From: Hydrolagus colliei
Taxonomy: Eukaryota
Assembly (NCBI GenBank): GCA_035084275.1
Contig: CM068749.1
Location: 15,438,001 to 15,502,000 of the forward strand
Reading direction: 5' to 3'
DNA: 64,000 nt
Positions 1-12,401 of the stretch are shown here, one piece after another (position 1 is the stretch's first letter; every line of letters starts with the position of its first letter). The position numbers and the translations under genes were made by a program. Below the pieces are notes generated by a model, which saw nothing but the letters and a program-made list of their open reading frames with translations, made no database searches and was not told where the DNA came from.

Positions 1-966
1 ATCTTTGGAGGTCACGTAAAGAATAAGATATGAGTTGACTGTGAGTTGAGGATTTGTTTGTGCTTTCAAAAAAAACAGTGGTCTGCATTGTTAAAACCTA
101 ATGATTACTGTTTCAGTACTGTACATAGTATGTTGTGCTACCGAAATTGCATAAGTTAGTATGCTAGCGTTGGAGCCAATTGCATTTAACAGAGCGAATT
201 GTACAACTCACTCTGTTCTGTGATCTGATCGTTTCAGATCTTTACCCCAGAGGCAGGTCTGTGTTTGCGTTTATAACCTGTACAAATGTTATCGTCGGAG
301 CAAAAATAAAGCGCTTTCTTGACACCTAAAACAAGTCTAATCTGCTCGGCTATATGACTAGATGACATCCTGTATACATTGCATTTTTCTGTGCAGGCAA
401 TCCATTATTCCCTGCTATAAACAAACAGAGGTGGGGGGCTGGGTGGAGGCCAGTATGTGTTTGAAATTGTATTATCAGCACATTTCACATCCTTTCATTC
501 TAAAGTACAAAAGCTATTAGAAAGGTGATTTTTCTGGAAACTAAATATATATTTCCAGCCCTAGAAGTAAAGCACCAACATCACTGACTGATGTAAAATA
601 ATAATCTTATGGCTGTATATCAGCACAAATGGGAAATGTGTTATTTTATTACCAGCCCATAGATATAGCAACATCAAGATGTACATTAAAACAAATAAAT
701 GCTGTATAATTTGTATAATTTAATATGGTTAACTTAAAAGTTGTTTACCTTAAGAAGATGGATATTTTGTCTTATGGAACTAATTTGAACTTTGCAGATA
801 ATTTTCAGACCGCCTCTCGCCAAATCTTTTTCTGGGAGCCCAGTTAGGATAACACCTTCATACTTGTAAGTGTACGTCCTCCTTGAGATAAAATTGGGTT
901 CTGGAAAGTTGAAGTTTGCAGAGTGCATTAATAAAGAGCATTAAATGACATTCTTGGGCAAATTGT

Positions 967-1258
967 GGAGTCCTGTAAGTATAGTGGTGAGCGTTCTCGT
1001 CTCGCAAACAAGAGGATCCGGGTTTGATTCCCTGGCAGGGCGAACCTTTAGGCAAGTTTCCTTACTCCATATGCCTCTGATTACCAAGCAGTAAATAGCA
1101 ACCTAGTTGTTTGTCAATTGGAAGATAGCTTTCTGGGGGATAATAATCCCTCAAAAAAAAACAACAACGTTGGACAATATATTCTGTGAACGGCTTTGAA
1201 ACATCTCGACCATATGATAAAGAGCTGTGATAAAATGCAAGAATTCTTACTTATTATT
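967..1258 (+). mobile_element. tRNA-derived SINE (family A, long variant)
   Basis: Head ggagtcctgta...agtgg...gggtttgattccc carries Pol III A/B boxes. Central part is ggcaagtttccttactcc...gcagtaaatag. Tail is aaatgcaag...ttattatt. Confidence 0.8.
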
Positions 1259-1920
1259 GTTAAATCTAAAGCTTGAGGGAGAAAAAGTATTGCTTACCAT
1301 AATGCACTTGTTGACTCCCTGAAAATAAAAAAAAGCAAGGAAAATCAGAAAGTATGCCAGATTTGTGGAACTATTTTAATAAACAAACATATTTGTTAAA
1401 ATAATTCTAAGAAATTAAAAATGATTAAAATGGATTATGTGGTTTTATACACTTACCTACGATGACTAGGCACAATGCTAAAATGATGCCCCTCATAATG
1501 AATGCTGAGAGTGCCTTGTGTATCTCTGGTTGCCTTTTTATAGCAAATGTTAAGCCCACGTGGTGATTTTGCTCTATTTCATCTTTGAGCATTTTCCTCT
1601 TGGTATACTTCGCCTTCACAAACAATCCATTCAACATTTCAAAATAGCTAAACCCAAGCCTTAAAAAAAGTAATGATATAATATTTAGACCCAAAGCATC
1701 TCTGTGTTTTAGATTCAAAAAAAGATAAATACAATTTTCTATTTTGAAATATTTGCTTGTGAACTCTTCATACAATATTTGGCAATACATTTTGGCACAG
1801 TATCTCAACATGGGTTATTGTGACCTGTGTTTTGTTCAAATGTCCCTTCATGTGACGAGTTATACTGTAACCTTTTGCTTTCATTTCATTGAACATTTAA
1901 ATATTCATAAATAAATTGAG

Positions 1921-1958
1921 TATATATATATATATATATCATATATATATATATATAT
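1921..1958. repeat. (TA)n microsatellite with one interruption
   Basis: Direct reading. Confidence 0.95.
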
Positions 1959-2640
1959 CCAGTATTAGATGACCTAATTATTTTGAAAACAAGGTGTTTT
2001 CCATCTTATGAATCTCTCCCAGAGCATTGGTTGGCTTAGTTATGTAACTGGTTTTGTATTCTGATATGGTATCAATGGTCATGAAGTTGACTATTTGTGT
2101 CAAACCAGTCTGTTTGTTTGATAATGCCACCTTTTACTATCAGCCCACCAGAAATGAGTTTGTTCCTCAGGTAACAATGCATTCATTGAATTCTCATTGC
2201 TGTTATTTTGTCTCTCTGGGTACATTAACTTTAATTCGTCAAACATTACTTCCAATGTATCTTGCAATGCACACAAAGAGCTCACTTTGGTCCAATTCTT
2301 CTGCTCCAAAAAAAATAAAGTTTCTTCTTGTGTAACTCTTGTGGCTTTGGGTCACTGTGACTTTCTGCCATAGTTCACACAGATGACATGAACAGCTTCC
2401 AAATGCAATCTCAAAAACATGCGTTCCAATCCATGAGAAGGGTTTACTCAGTAGAACAAATAATGACTGGACTTTAACTTTCACTGTCATGCTAAACAGT
2501 TCAATTATTTGTAAAAACATTCAAAAAAGCGACTGTTGATTGACAGTCAGTTTTGGTCGATCTATTTGGCTTTCTTTAGCAGAATCATCTGTAAAGACTC
2601 TGGTCACTCTAAACTTTAGGATCTTTTCTTTAAGAAAATT

Positions 2641-2752
2641 AAAATAATGCAATCCTTGTATTTGGTATCACGCCTTTCATATCTGCAGGATATCCCAAAG
2701 CACTTCACAGGATATACTGTAAAGTGATGTGAGTGTGTGTTTGTGGGCAAAT
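2641..2752 (-). mobile_element. SINE family A 3' fragment
   Basis: aatccttgtatttg...aaagcacttcacaggatatactgtaaagtga matches other copies in the window. Confidence 0.7.
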
Positions 2753-3835
2753 GATACTTTTTCCACAAACATTTTTTTAACTTCCCCCACCCATCACCGC
2801 CCACCCCCTGAAGTTGCTGGCTTGAGCGAGGCTGCCATTCCATTAATCGCTTTTGTTCCCAGTGCACCTCACTTAAGTCCTTATTCTTCATGACTTCATT
2901 TTCATATCATTTCAGGGCAACAAATTATATCACTAATTGGGAATGAGGTTTACTTTTTCAATTTCATTTTTAAATGGAAGTTGATACAATGAAGAGTGAG
3001 TTCAACGTTAAGCAATTTGTAGAAGTTTTGGTATAAAATGCACACTTGCTTCACACAACATATTAGAACGTGAAAATACAATGGCTCAAGTTATTTGAGA
3101 TTAATAAGTTGTCATGAAAGGAAATTGAACAGAATGGAGTATATTTATAGATTGAATTGTGAGATGGAGTATAGGTTCAATATATTACTATTTGCAGTGA
3201 TGTAAAAATCACCAAGGATAAATTATTTTGCAAAAAAAATTGGATTTGACTGTATTTGGTGTTGCAGCTCAGCTCAGGTGTGACACATTCTGGGCATTTT
3301 AGGCAAGTACAGCCTCAAATTGTTGAGCAAAAAATGCTATTCTCCCATACATTTGGGAATCGTTTCATTTACTCAAACAACCCACAATTGCATGAAAAAT
3401 AAACAGTGAAAGAAGATAATGAATCAATAGGATTTGAGGAATGCTGCTGTCTTCTTGCTAACTGATTTAAAACTTGTCCACACCAGAATGAATTAGAAAG
3501 ACAAATTATGTAAGTCGGAGATTCTTTGTCAGCCTTGACACACTGCTGCCCTTATTATTTAGCAAAACATAATAGCAATTTAATTGATTCAATCGTAGTT
3601 TGCATTATCACCTGCAGGTTTATATATGTAAATAGTATTGTGTTTTCATGGTTTGGGAACATTGGACTGTATTTCAGTGATCTAAATTTCGGAATCAAAA
3701 CTTCATCAATATCTAAAATGTTCATATCCATTGTAATATTGCTATCTGCTTATTGGTTTGTCTAAAATGGCTGTGCTGACATTAATCTTATTGTTAGCCT
3801 TATTACATTTTGACAGTAGTTGCTGTAAAACAGCA

Positions 3836-3930
3836 GAATCGGAACATGGAATGTGGAGAAGCCAGAAATTGAAGATAAAGCTTTTACTTATCAAACAACT
3901 AGCTGTTTGCCATCAACAGAACAAAAGTGG
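3836..3930 (+). mobile_element. Possible decayed non-LTR apurinic endonuclease N-terminus
   Basis: Translates RIGTWNV, followed by a frameshifted A-I-T-E-x-K-W-like segment, resembling APE motifs I/II. Short and degenerate. Confidence 0.25.
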
Positions 3931-4660
3931 TGGTTGTATTGTCTGAAAAGCTTTCTCTGTGGTGTATTCTCTGAGGTGCATCTGCTCTTTGTCAGTGTGC
4001 ATTCAGATGGTTGTCTTTGTGCCCATTCTGTTTCCAGTCGTGCTGTGGTTTACAAAAGGAGACACACATCAATTTCTCCAGTGAGTGACTGTAAAGTGAG
4101 GCACATGGATGACAACGCCACTGAATGTTGGCTCAGCCTTCTGGACTCTTATTCTGTCTCACAGGAAGGTGCAATGACTCTCGCACAGATTCAATAAACG
4201 TGTAGTTTACAGTTGATATCACTTCAGAAACTATACTTGTCCCACCAAAGGTTTCCTAAACTTTACTGTATTGTGTGTGAATTCATCACTCTCTGTGCAG
4301 GTAACTACCAAGTTGAGTCAATTTTAATGCCACCCCAAGTGTCATTTATCCGATGCTCAGTTTAGAAGGCATTCCAGCCTCATGTTGACAAAACCAAAGC
4401 GTAGAGTAGTCTGCCATCTGCAATTGTGTCAGCTAAATGGAGTAGATTGAAGTTATGCAAAGCAGGATTTCAAACATTGGCGTCTTGCATTTGCAAAGGC
4501 TTTGCAAATGTATCATATTATGGAGAAAGGCTGCATTGCACTGTGGTCTATGCATTTCCAATGTCTTACTCAACAATCTTTCCCTGAAGGCTGGAAACTA
4601 AGTGAGGTTGTGGCAATCCAGCTTACTTGAACATTCCTCGCCTTTCGATTATAAAAGTAT

Positions 4661-4730
4661 TTTCTATGAAGTGATTTGAGATGTCTCAAAGACCTGTTAA
4701 CTCACTATATCGATTGCAAGGATTATTATT
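4661..4730 (+). mobile_element. SINE family A 3' tail
   Basis: tgaagtgatttgagatgtctc...ctatatcgattgcaaggattattatt. Confidence 0.65.
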
Positions 4731-5488
4731 TATACCTAGATCCATATGCCACCTCCTCAATTACCAATGTGTTGGGTGGAGGTTTGGATTGATGGTGCAT
4801 ATTTTACCTCACTGCTTTGAACTTTGTGTTCCTGCTTGCTGGTGTTAGCAATGTATTCTTTGGGGCGAGAAAATAAAATGATAGAAATTTTATATAATCA
4901 TGTTCTTATGTACTGTATCTTGCTCTCATTGGTGGTGATTTTATACTGCGTCAAGCAGTGATATTCATTTGTGGTTTAACTCTGAAAGTGGAGAATCTAC
5001 ATTGCTACATGTCCACCAAAATGTTTGTTATCGCTTGGGTGGTAACTCTATGTAATTATACCTAATTTGCTACCAAATAGCTTTCATGACTGGATGCAGG
5101 CAAACTCACCGTATATTTATACTAATAAATTAAAGTAGAATTCAAAAGAAGACTGTTCAAACTAACTAGTCTGTGTCTGTATTATATATTCCACACAAGC
5201 CTCTACCACCATTATTAACCTCTCCTAACACTTATATGTTCTCTTCTCCATCATGCATGTGTCATTTCCTGGTTGAACTCTCTCAGTGGTGGATTTGCAT
5301 CAATAAAATTAGCATCAACTAACTTGACGTTATCACTTGAGCTGTAAATTTGTAATTCATTGAAAATTGGTGTATGTTTGTAAAATGAAATTATAAAACA
5401 AAACCACATCTTTAGGGGGAAGATGGGTCTCGATTTTCTCTATAACATAGCATTTCAGAGACTTGGGCAAATTCTTGGATTCAGTTGA

Positions 5489-5565
5489 CTGATTTTCTGT
5501 AATGTTCTGCAGATAAATGATTTAACTATGAAGTTGTTTCTCTGCAGAAAATTATAGAAAATCAG
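5489..5565 (+). repeat. Imperfect inverted repeat: 35-position stem, 7-nt loop
   Basis: 5489-5523 pairs with 5531-5565: 29 Watson-Crick pairs, 4 G-U pairs and 2 mismatches on the + strand. Confidence 0.85.
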
Positions 5566-8500
5566 CTTCAAAATTAGGTCTGTATTCATCACAATTTGCT
5601 AAATAAAAGCTGTATTTCACAGAATTTTGAAAATTCTATAATTCTAAATTCATAGATTAAATTTAGACCCAGGTCAATTTTACATCTCATACACTAAGAG
5701 GTTGTACCTTTAAAGTAGAAAAATAAATTCTGTGAAAGAAGCAAATCTATGTCATTATATCATGAATGCATGATTTCATGCTGAATTCAATTGTTTTAGT
5801 AACTTGGCATTTTAATTAAATGTTATCTATTATATAATGCCTTTATGGCAGTTCATCAAAGTACTGCCATGAATCAAGGCTCAGATAATTTTGTTTATCA
5901 AAAGCATCTAATAAGACATTATTCCTGTATCAGTATGATGACGAGACAGCAGTGCCTTTTCAAATGCCTGAGTTTAACATTTCACATTAGAGATTGTCAA
6001 GCATCTGAAATATTGGACTTTCAAATCAATCTTAAGGTTAATATTTGACAATCCGGAGGGAGGAAAAGGAGATGAACATTGTACTTGTTTTTATTACAAT
6101 GGTGCGGATTGATGGTTGATGCCATGTAATGACATGTTTTCATCATGGCATTTCTGTCGCTTTATCAAGTAACTGGTGAGCAAGCCAAAATGATTTGCCA
6201 CAGATATGACATTTAACCCTTTAAAATGCATTTTTAGTGCATGCTGCTAATGTTGAATCATTAAATATAACAGTTGTGTAGTGTAATAAAATGAACTGCC
6301 ATTTTTGTAACTACACCATCAACAGGCTTTTAATATTCATACATTCATTTGCATTATTTGCCACCTATTTGTCAGATCAAGATGGCAACTGAGAAGCGCC
6401 TTAATCTGTATAATTTGTACTGCACAATATTTGGGGGAATTTGGTGCACTTAAAATGCCTTAAATTGAATACTTATTAAGGAAAGTAAGATTACTGTGCC
6501 TACATTGGAAAGGCAACATTGGATTTTTAAAAAATGTTTTACGGAGGGATTCTGCATAAATTTTAAATTGTTGCATCAGAAAAGTGAACTTCTTTATTAA
6601 GTTTAATTAATAGTCAGATGGATCACAATTAACATGTTTAACCCTAGGCAAATTCTGTCAAGACTTCCTTGACAGTTGTAGTTGAAAGATCACCAAACAA
6701 CATTTTGCTTCTTCTGCTGCACATAGTGCCCTTACTGTATTTTACAAAAAAAACATTTTGCTTAAACTAACCATCTCTGATTAATAAGTGATTTAGAATG
6801 TTGATCTCAATCTCTTGGGATGATCTAAATCAGTCAACTGCAGAAGAAAATCAGCTACACAATCAACCATGGAAAGAACAAGACAAAATGACTTTCAAAT
6901 TATTTTCTTAGCACCATACTGCTAAAGGCCTTTCAGATCTAGTCAGTGTCAATGGGTGCTATTTCATCATTTAACTGTATTCGTACATTTGTTTTCCAGC
7001 ACTGTTCTCAAGTGGATTTTTGTCTATATTGTAACTCCAGTTCATGCTTGCTGTACTGGTGCTTTAATTGCCCCATTTTAGCGGCTGGTGAATGTGGTAT
7101 AAATGTTATGAGTGGTGTTATTTGTACTTCAAATAAAAATGTTATTGGCAAGTTGAGAGAAATTGTGGTTATTTAGAACAGGTTTCACCAAACATGTGTA
7201 ATCCCAAATTTATGATGTATTGATCTTAACTTGAATGGGATGTGCTTCATTCTCCGAAAGTAATAGTTATGGAAGACTAAAGAACGGGAAAAGCATATCC
7301 TTTACTGCAGATGTAACTAATCATGTTGCTTCTTTAAACCACACATGTCTACCTTGTATATCGATTAGATAAGCAGGTAATTTAGAATCTGTGTTAAGAG
7401 TTCAAAGGAATTTAGACTATCAGGTTGTGACCAATCATGCTTATCCTGTTAGCAGCAAAGGTAATTACTGGGGCTTGCTTACACACCATGCTACTGGCTC
7501 ATTTAAGACTCCAGCTGAGGACATCTAATCACAGGCATCAGTGGGTCCTCCAATGCCAAGGAGTGTCTTTCAAGTAACAGTTTTAGTTGTTTCATTGGTC
7601 AATCCGGCAGGTATGTTTCTCCAGTAATTGCAACAAAAAATGAGCAAGCCAAAATGGAAGTTAGTTTTGATTTTAGTGCATAATAATACAATATACAATA
7701 CAATATAATATGTCATCTCAAGCATAAGATTAGTCCCAGACAGTTGGATTTTGCAGCTGAGCATGTAGGAATAGCAAACCACCTCTGCCAATCCTGCTTC
7801 TTGAGCATCAGTTATAGGGTATTGAGGATTTGTTTCATAGTTTGTTTCCTTTTTTGTTGCATTTAAAAAAAAACCCATAATTTCAGAAGAATATTCCCTT
7901 TTTTATGATATAGTATTCACAAGATGTTGCAGTAATAAGGGATACAAATTAAATGGTGAGATTCATGAACAAATTTGCTTTCATTCTTTGGGAAAAAAAT
8001 ACATGATTGTTTCTACAGCTAATGTTTTGTTTTCTGAAATTTTGTTGGATTGTAAATCTCCATCGTGTCCGAGGTTTTGCTTTTGGACCTAAGAATACTG
8101 TAATCTGTTAGAATAAATTATTCTGATATGTCTTTTGAAGGAAACATTTTCAGGTTTTTAATGCATTATCTATTTGTTGTTTGAGATACAAAAAGGCATT
8201 GTATTACAACAAAAACATCTCTAAATTGTCAACTACAAGATGTCTGTTGTTCTGTAAAAATGCAAATGTTACTCATGTTACATAAGTCAGTTTTTATAAC
8301 AAAATAAAAACAACAAAATAACCTCTAAAATCAAAGTAAAGTTAGTTTTTTTTTACAAACTCAGACTTGCCTGCTTTCCCATATATATTGTGATGGAATT
8401 GGATTTGACTTTGAAGAAGTCAGATTTGACTTTGAAGAATTTGAATAATAATAACAATCCTTGCATTTGATATAGTGCCTTATCACACTTACTTAAACCT

Positions 8501-9234
8501 TGAAACTTAAGACACTAAAGTTAAATCCAGAAGCTAACCAAACTCCTGCTGCCACCTTGCATTTATATACAAACACGTAACTAGGACTTTGTATAAATTC
8601 TAGAGCCTGGCCTGATATTGCAGTGAAATAATAGTTCCTTTGTGTATTTCCCGACTGACTCAATTAACCAAGGCATCACAATCAGAAAACTGCGACAAGT
8701 TGGTTCAGATTGATTTCCACCCTTGATTATTTACCATGCAGGGCTGTTTTTATATGAATTAGTATACAGTATCTACACCTACCTGCTACATACAGTAATG
8801 TGATTGCCTTAAATTTCAATACTGAGTTATGACAATAAATTCATGTAATAGATAGGAGACATTTAAAGCATTTAATTAACATTTTTTTGAGGGGGTTAAA
8901 TACGACAATTTAGCCCAGATGATGGTGACAGCAAATAACTGTTGTAAAGTTAATATTGAATATGATTGCTATTGACAGTTTTCTTAATATTAAGAATAGC
9001 CTGCAAAACATTAAATATTTGAAAACAGCAATAACCTACCACTCACACATAATAGGACTGAATGAGACTGCAATCCTGTTGGGACATACCATAACTACGG
9101 CTTGCATTCAAGACCCAAGTCTACTAAAGGCAAACACAAATCATTCTTTCGTCATGTATAAGAGCACCGATAAAGGAATTTATATACAGATTTCTGCAAA
9201 CATGAATAGTTCTAATTAATGTGTTGACTTAAAT

Positions 9235-9340
9235 ATAATAATAATCCTTGCATTTGATATGGTGCTTTTCACATCTTCTAGACGACTCAAAGAATATACT
9301 GTAAAATGAATTGACTGTATATTTGTTGGCGATAAACATG
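9235..9340 (-). mobile_element. SINE family A 3' fragment
   Basis: (taa)n tccttgcatttgatatggtgcttttcacatcttctagacg...atactgtaaaatgaattgactg. Confidence 0.75.
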
Positions 9341-9951
9341 AATATTAAGATACATAGATAAACTGTTATTGATTAAATCAAGTTGAAATCAAAGCTTAAG
9401 CCGTCTACCACAAAAGCACTTTACGATTTAGCCTGTTTTTTCAGTATTCAACAAGGCCTGGATTCCAGGGTTTGAACAGAGGGTTTGAAAGCTCCATAGT
9501 GGGAGAATGGTTGTTACTCCCTCATTGATGATGTTCTTATGCTCCACCTCTGGCACTGCAGTCATGCTCGTGTGTTTCGCTTGTTGATGCTAGCTGAACA
9601 GTTTGATAGATCACAGCAACCTTTACAGTCTTTTTGTCATTGCACTTGTGTTAGTGTGAAGTCATCCTCACTTACCTTTTCTCTCTTCTCCTGACACGTT
9701 GCCAAAGAGGCTACTGAGGTTTCTGACCACACAAAAGATCTTCTAGTTACTGAAAGATGGTGGACATCATGAGCACGATTGAATCATCTGTCTACATTTA
9801 CACAACAAGGATGTTCCACCGCTGATCACTGGTTTACTCCTTGTCACTGATCACTCAACAAAAATAAGGAACAGGAACTCTGATTGATTCTTTTGTTAAC
9901 TCTCCCAATATCCAAGGCTGAGCTTTTTGATCCCAATTATAATACTAGGCT

Positions 9952-10585
9952 ACAAGGATACTAGGCTTTATAAACAGGGGCATGGAGTACAGAAGTCAGG
10001 AAATTATGATTAACCTGTATAAAATGCTGGTTAGGCCTCAGCTAGAGTACTGTGTTCATTTCCGGGCACCACATTTTAGGAAAGATGTTAATGCATTGGA
10101 AAGGGTGCAGAGGAGATTTACCAGGACGGTACCAGGAATGAGGGACTTTGGTTATGAGAAAAGACTAGAGAGGCTAAGATTATTTTTATTGGAGCAGAGA
10201 AGGTTACGAGGAGACCTAATAGAGGTTTTCAAAATGATGAGGGGATTCGATAGGGTAAACAGGGATTTTTTTTTTCCATTGGTGGGTGTGTCAGTGACTC
10301 GATATCGCAGATTTAAAATAGCTTCCATAAGAAGCAGAAGGAGGTGAAGATAATTTTTTTGTGCAACGAGTTGTTCGAATCTGGATTGCATTGCCTGAAA
10401 GGGTAGTGGAGACTGATTCGACAACAACTTTTAAAAGAGAGGTGGATGGTTATTTGAGTAGGACAGGTTTGTGAGGTTATGGGCAGAGAGCGAGGAGTGG
10501 AATTGACTTTGAATAGTTCTTTTCAAAGAGCTGGTACAGACTTGATGGGCCAAATGGCCTCCTTTTGTGCTGAAAAATTCTATGA
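9952..10585 (+). mobile_element. CR1-clade LINE, 5'-truncated 3' end (HER1-like)
   Basis: ORF LYKMLVRPQLEYCVHFRAPHFRKDVNALERVQRRFTR...LEQRRLRGDLIEVFK is the CR1 ORF2 C-terminus. The 3'UTR reads gatgggccaaatggcctcct...ttctatga. Confidence 0.92.
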
Positions 10586-11009
10586 GTCGATAACACCTTT
10601 GACTTGACTTAAGTGAGATCAGTTAACTCAGCTCTATGTGGGAACTGATCCGTTTTTCAGCTATAAAGCTCAGTGTTAGATAGAGCTGTCCCTTCAGCTT
10701 TGCTGAATCATCATCACAAGGACCTGAATACTGATTGGGTGGGTGGTGGGGGTGGGGGGAGAGAAAGCTTTGTGCATGTGGTTAAGCTAAGTTATCCAGG
10801 GTGTTCATCCGCTGCAATAGAAACAATTGCTGGTTGTGAACTGTGAAAAGTCTCAAAAGATGTGTTCCATTATCAACGTATTTGTAAATCTTTTATTTTG
10901 CGTTAGCTGATTTTAAATTCCCTTAGCTTATCATGCATCTCCGCCACACTGACTTCAAAATCCTCCAGGATTGTAGGTGCACCACAGAAATTGAACAGGC
11001 AAGCTAATA

Positions 11010-11350
11010 TGGTCCTCCAGTGAATACTTCCAAAGCCCATTCATTTAATGTTTTATTTAACTTTTTGTCTTATTTAACTTCCCAGACACTTTCATCTTTT
11101 AAGAGTTCTAGCTACTATTTTACTTTTAGATACTGGAGCTGTGTGTTTTTTTTAAGAATTCTCTTTAATTTTAGAGATATTCATCCACCGAGTTCCTCTT
11201 GGCACTTCTAATATCACTTTTATCTTCAAATTCCTACAATCCTTCAAGCTTCTCTTCCTTTCCCCCCTATAGACTTTGTATAATTTGTTTTTCCTATTTA
11301 TTCCCATTTTAATTAACCTACATATCCATTTTGGCAAATGCCTCTTTTTC
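11010..11350 (-). mobile_element. Degraded CR1-like ORF2 fragment (endonuclease-RT linker)
   Basis: Minus-strand PKWICRLIKMGINRKNKLYKVY...ISKIKENS resembles the PW...K..LY linker of CR1 ORF2. Confidence 0.4.
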
Positions 11351-12339
11351 TTGGTTATTTGCTTTTCTTACTGAATATATTTGTTGAGAAAGTGTTTTTT
11401 TCTCACTGAATAGACTTCCTGCAAATTTCCCTATTGTTTATTGCACTACCTTTTCAAAAACCTTAACTCAATGAAGTTGTCTGTTATTTTCCTGAACCTT
11501 ACTGCTACTGTTTGCCAGTTGATGTTATATGTAATATTTTTGGGTGTTCCCTAGCCCCAAGTAGTAACACTATCTAATTTCTGGATTCCATTCATCAAAG
11601 GCAGTAAAACAGGAGATTTGGGTCAGATCTCTGCACTGGGTAAACTTCCCTGAGTGTGAACCCTATCCATTATTTTTTGTCATCCAGCCATGCGTTTGTA
11701 TGAAACACTAATGATTTTTTCTGATTAGTTTGCTGTGATGTGAAGAGATAATACATGGTCCCAGTACCATCAAGAGCACCTTTGCCAATGGCTTCTTGTA
11801 CGCTAGCAAATACAATCCAGATGTGGAAGGCTGCAAAAGGGACAGAGGGAAAGAAACACTTAAACGGACCCAATGCAGTTCCCATTTCACAATGCAATTT
11901 TCCCAGTTTCCAATTACTAAGGGAACTGTTTGTTACGGCGCCACTTATTATACTGGCTCTACTCTAGTGAATTCCCTTCAGTTGATTCCACTCTATAGGC
12001 TGGCCACACAACCTGCACAAGAATCTATAAATGTTTTAAATCTACATCGAATATTAAATCTATCAACAATGTGATAGAATACTGACATCAAAGAATAGGC
12101 ACAACTGCAGTGACGTTTTTGAGGTGTGATTCCTACCAAGTACATCACATGCACGCTTAACAGGAATGGCTCTGAGTAGCCATATCTCATTTTCCAATCA
12201 TTCACCAATGCTTTTAAAGGTTTTTATCTCAAAAAAATTGTATATCAATTGTTCAATTGTTCAGAAAGCTTGATAGCTCCTAAGGGATTATCACTGCTTT
12301 AGCTGCTGTAATTTGGTTTTCATTTCAATCCTGTGGCAC

Positions 12340-12401
12340 TTGTATAACCTTCTTTTGCAACACATTGGCAGGTGAATGTCTTGCAAAAGAAGGTTATAAA
12401 A
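12340..12401. repeat. Inverted repeat: 18-bp perfect stem, one mismatch, 5 bp more, 8-nt loop
   Basis: tataaccttcttttgcaa (12343-12360) pairs with ttgcaaaagaaggttata (12381-12398); inner pairing is acatt/aatgt. Confidence 0.9.

Noticed and set aside
2100-2470. Protein-like minus-strand frame with sparse stops (…HGLERMFLRLHLEAVHV…FWWADSKRWHY)
   Set aside because: No motif I recognise and it contains stops; it would need tblastx/HMMER support.
4488-4510. 11-bp-arm palindrome catttgcaaag-g-ctttgcaaatg, and similar 9-10 bp stems at 18320-18345, 30269-30300 and 59738-59779
   Set aside because: Short stems near chance expectation in AT-rich DNA.
8402-8439. 17-bp direct repeat gatttgactttgaagaa
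   Set aside because: Ordinary slippage duplication with only two units; not an array and not CRISPR-like.
9670-9678. Perfect minus-strand splice donor AAG|GTAAGT
   Set aside because: No convincing upstream exon; a single 9-mer is expected by chance.
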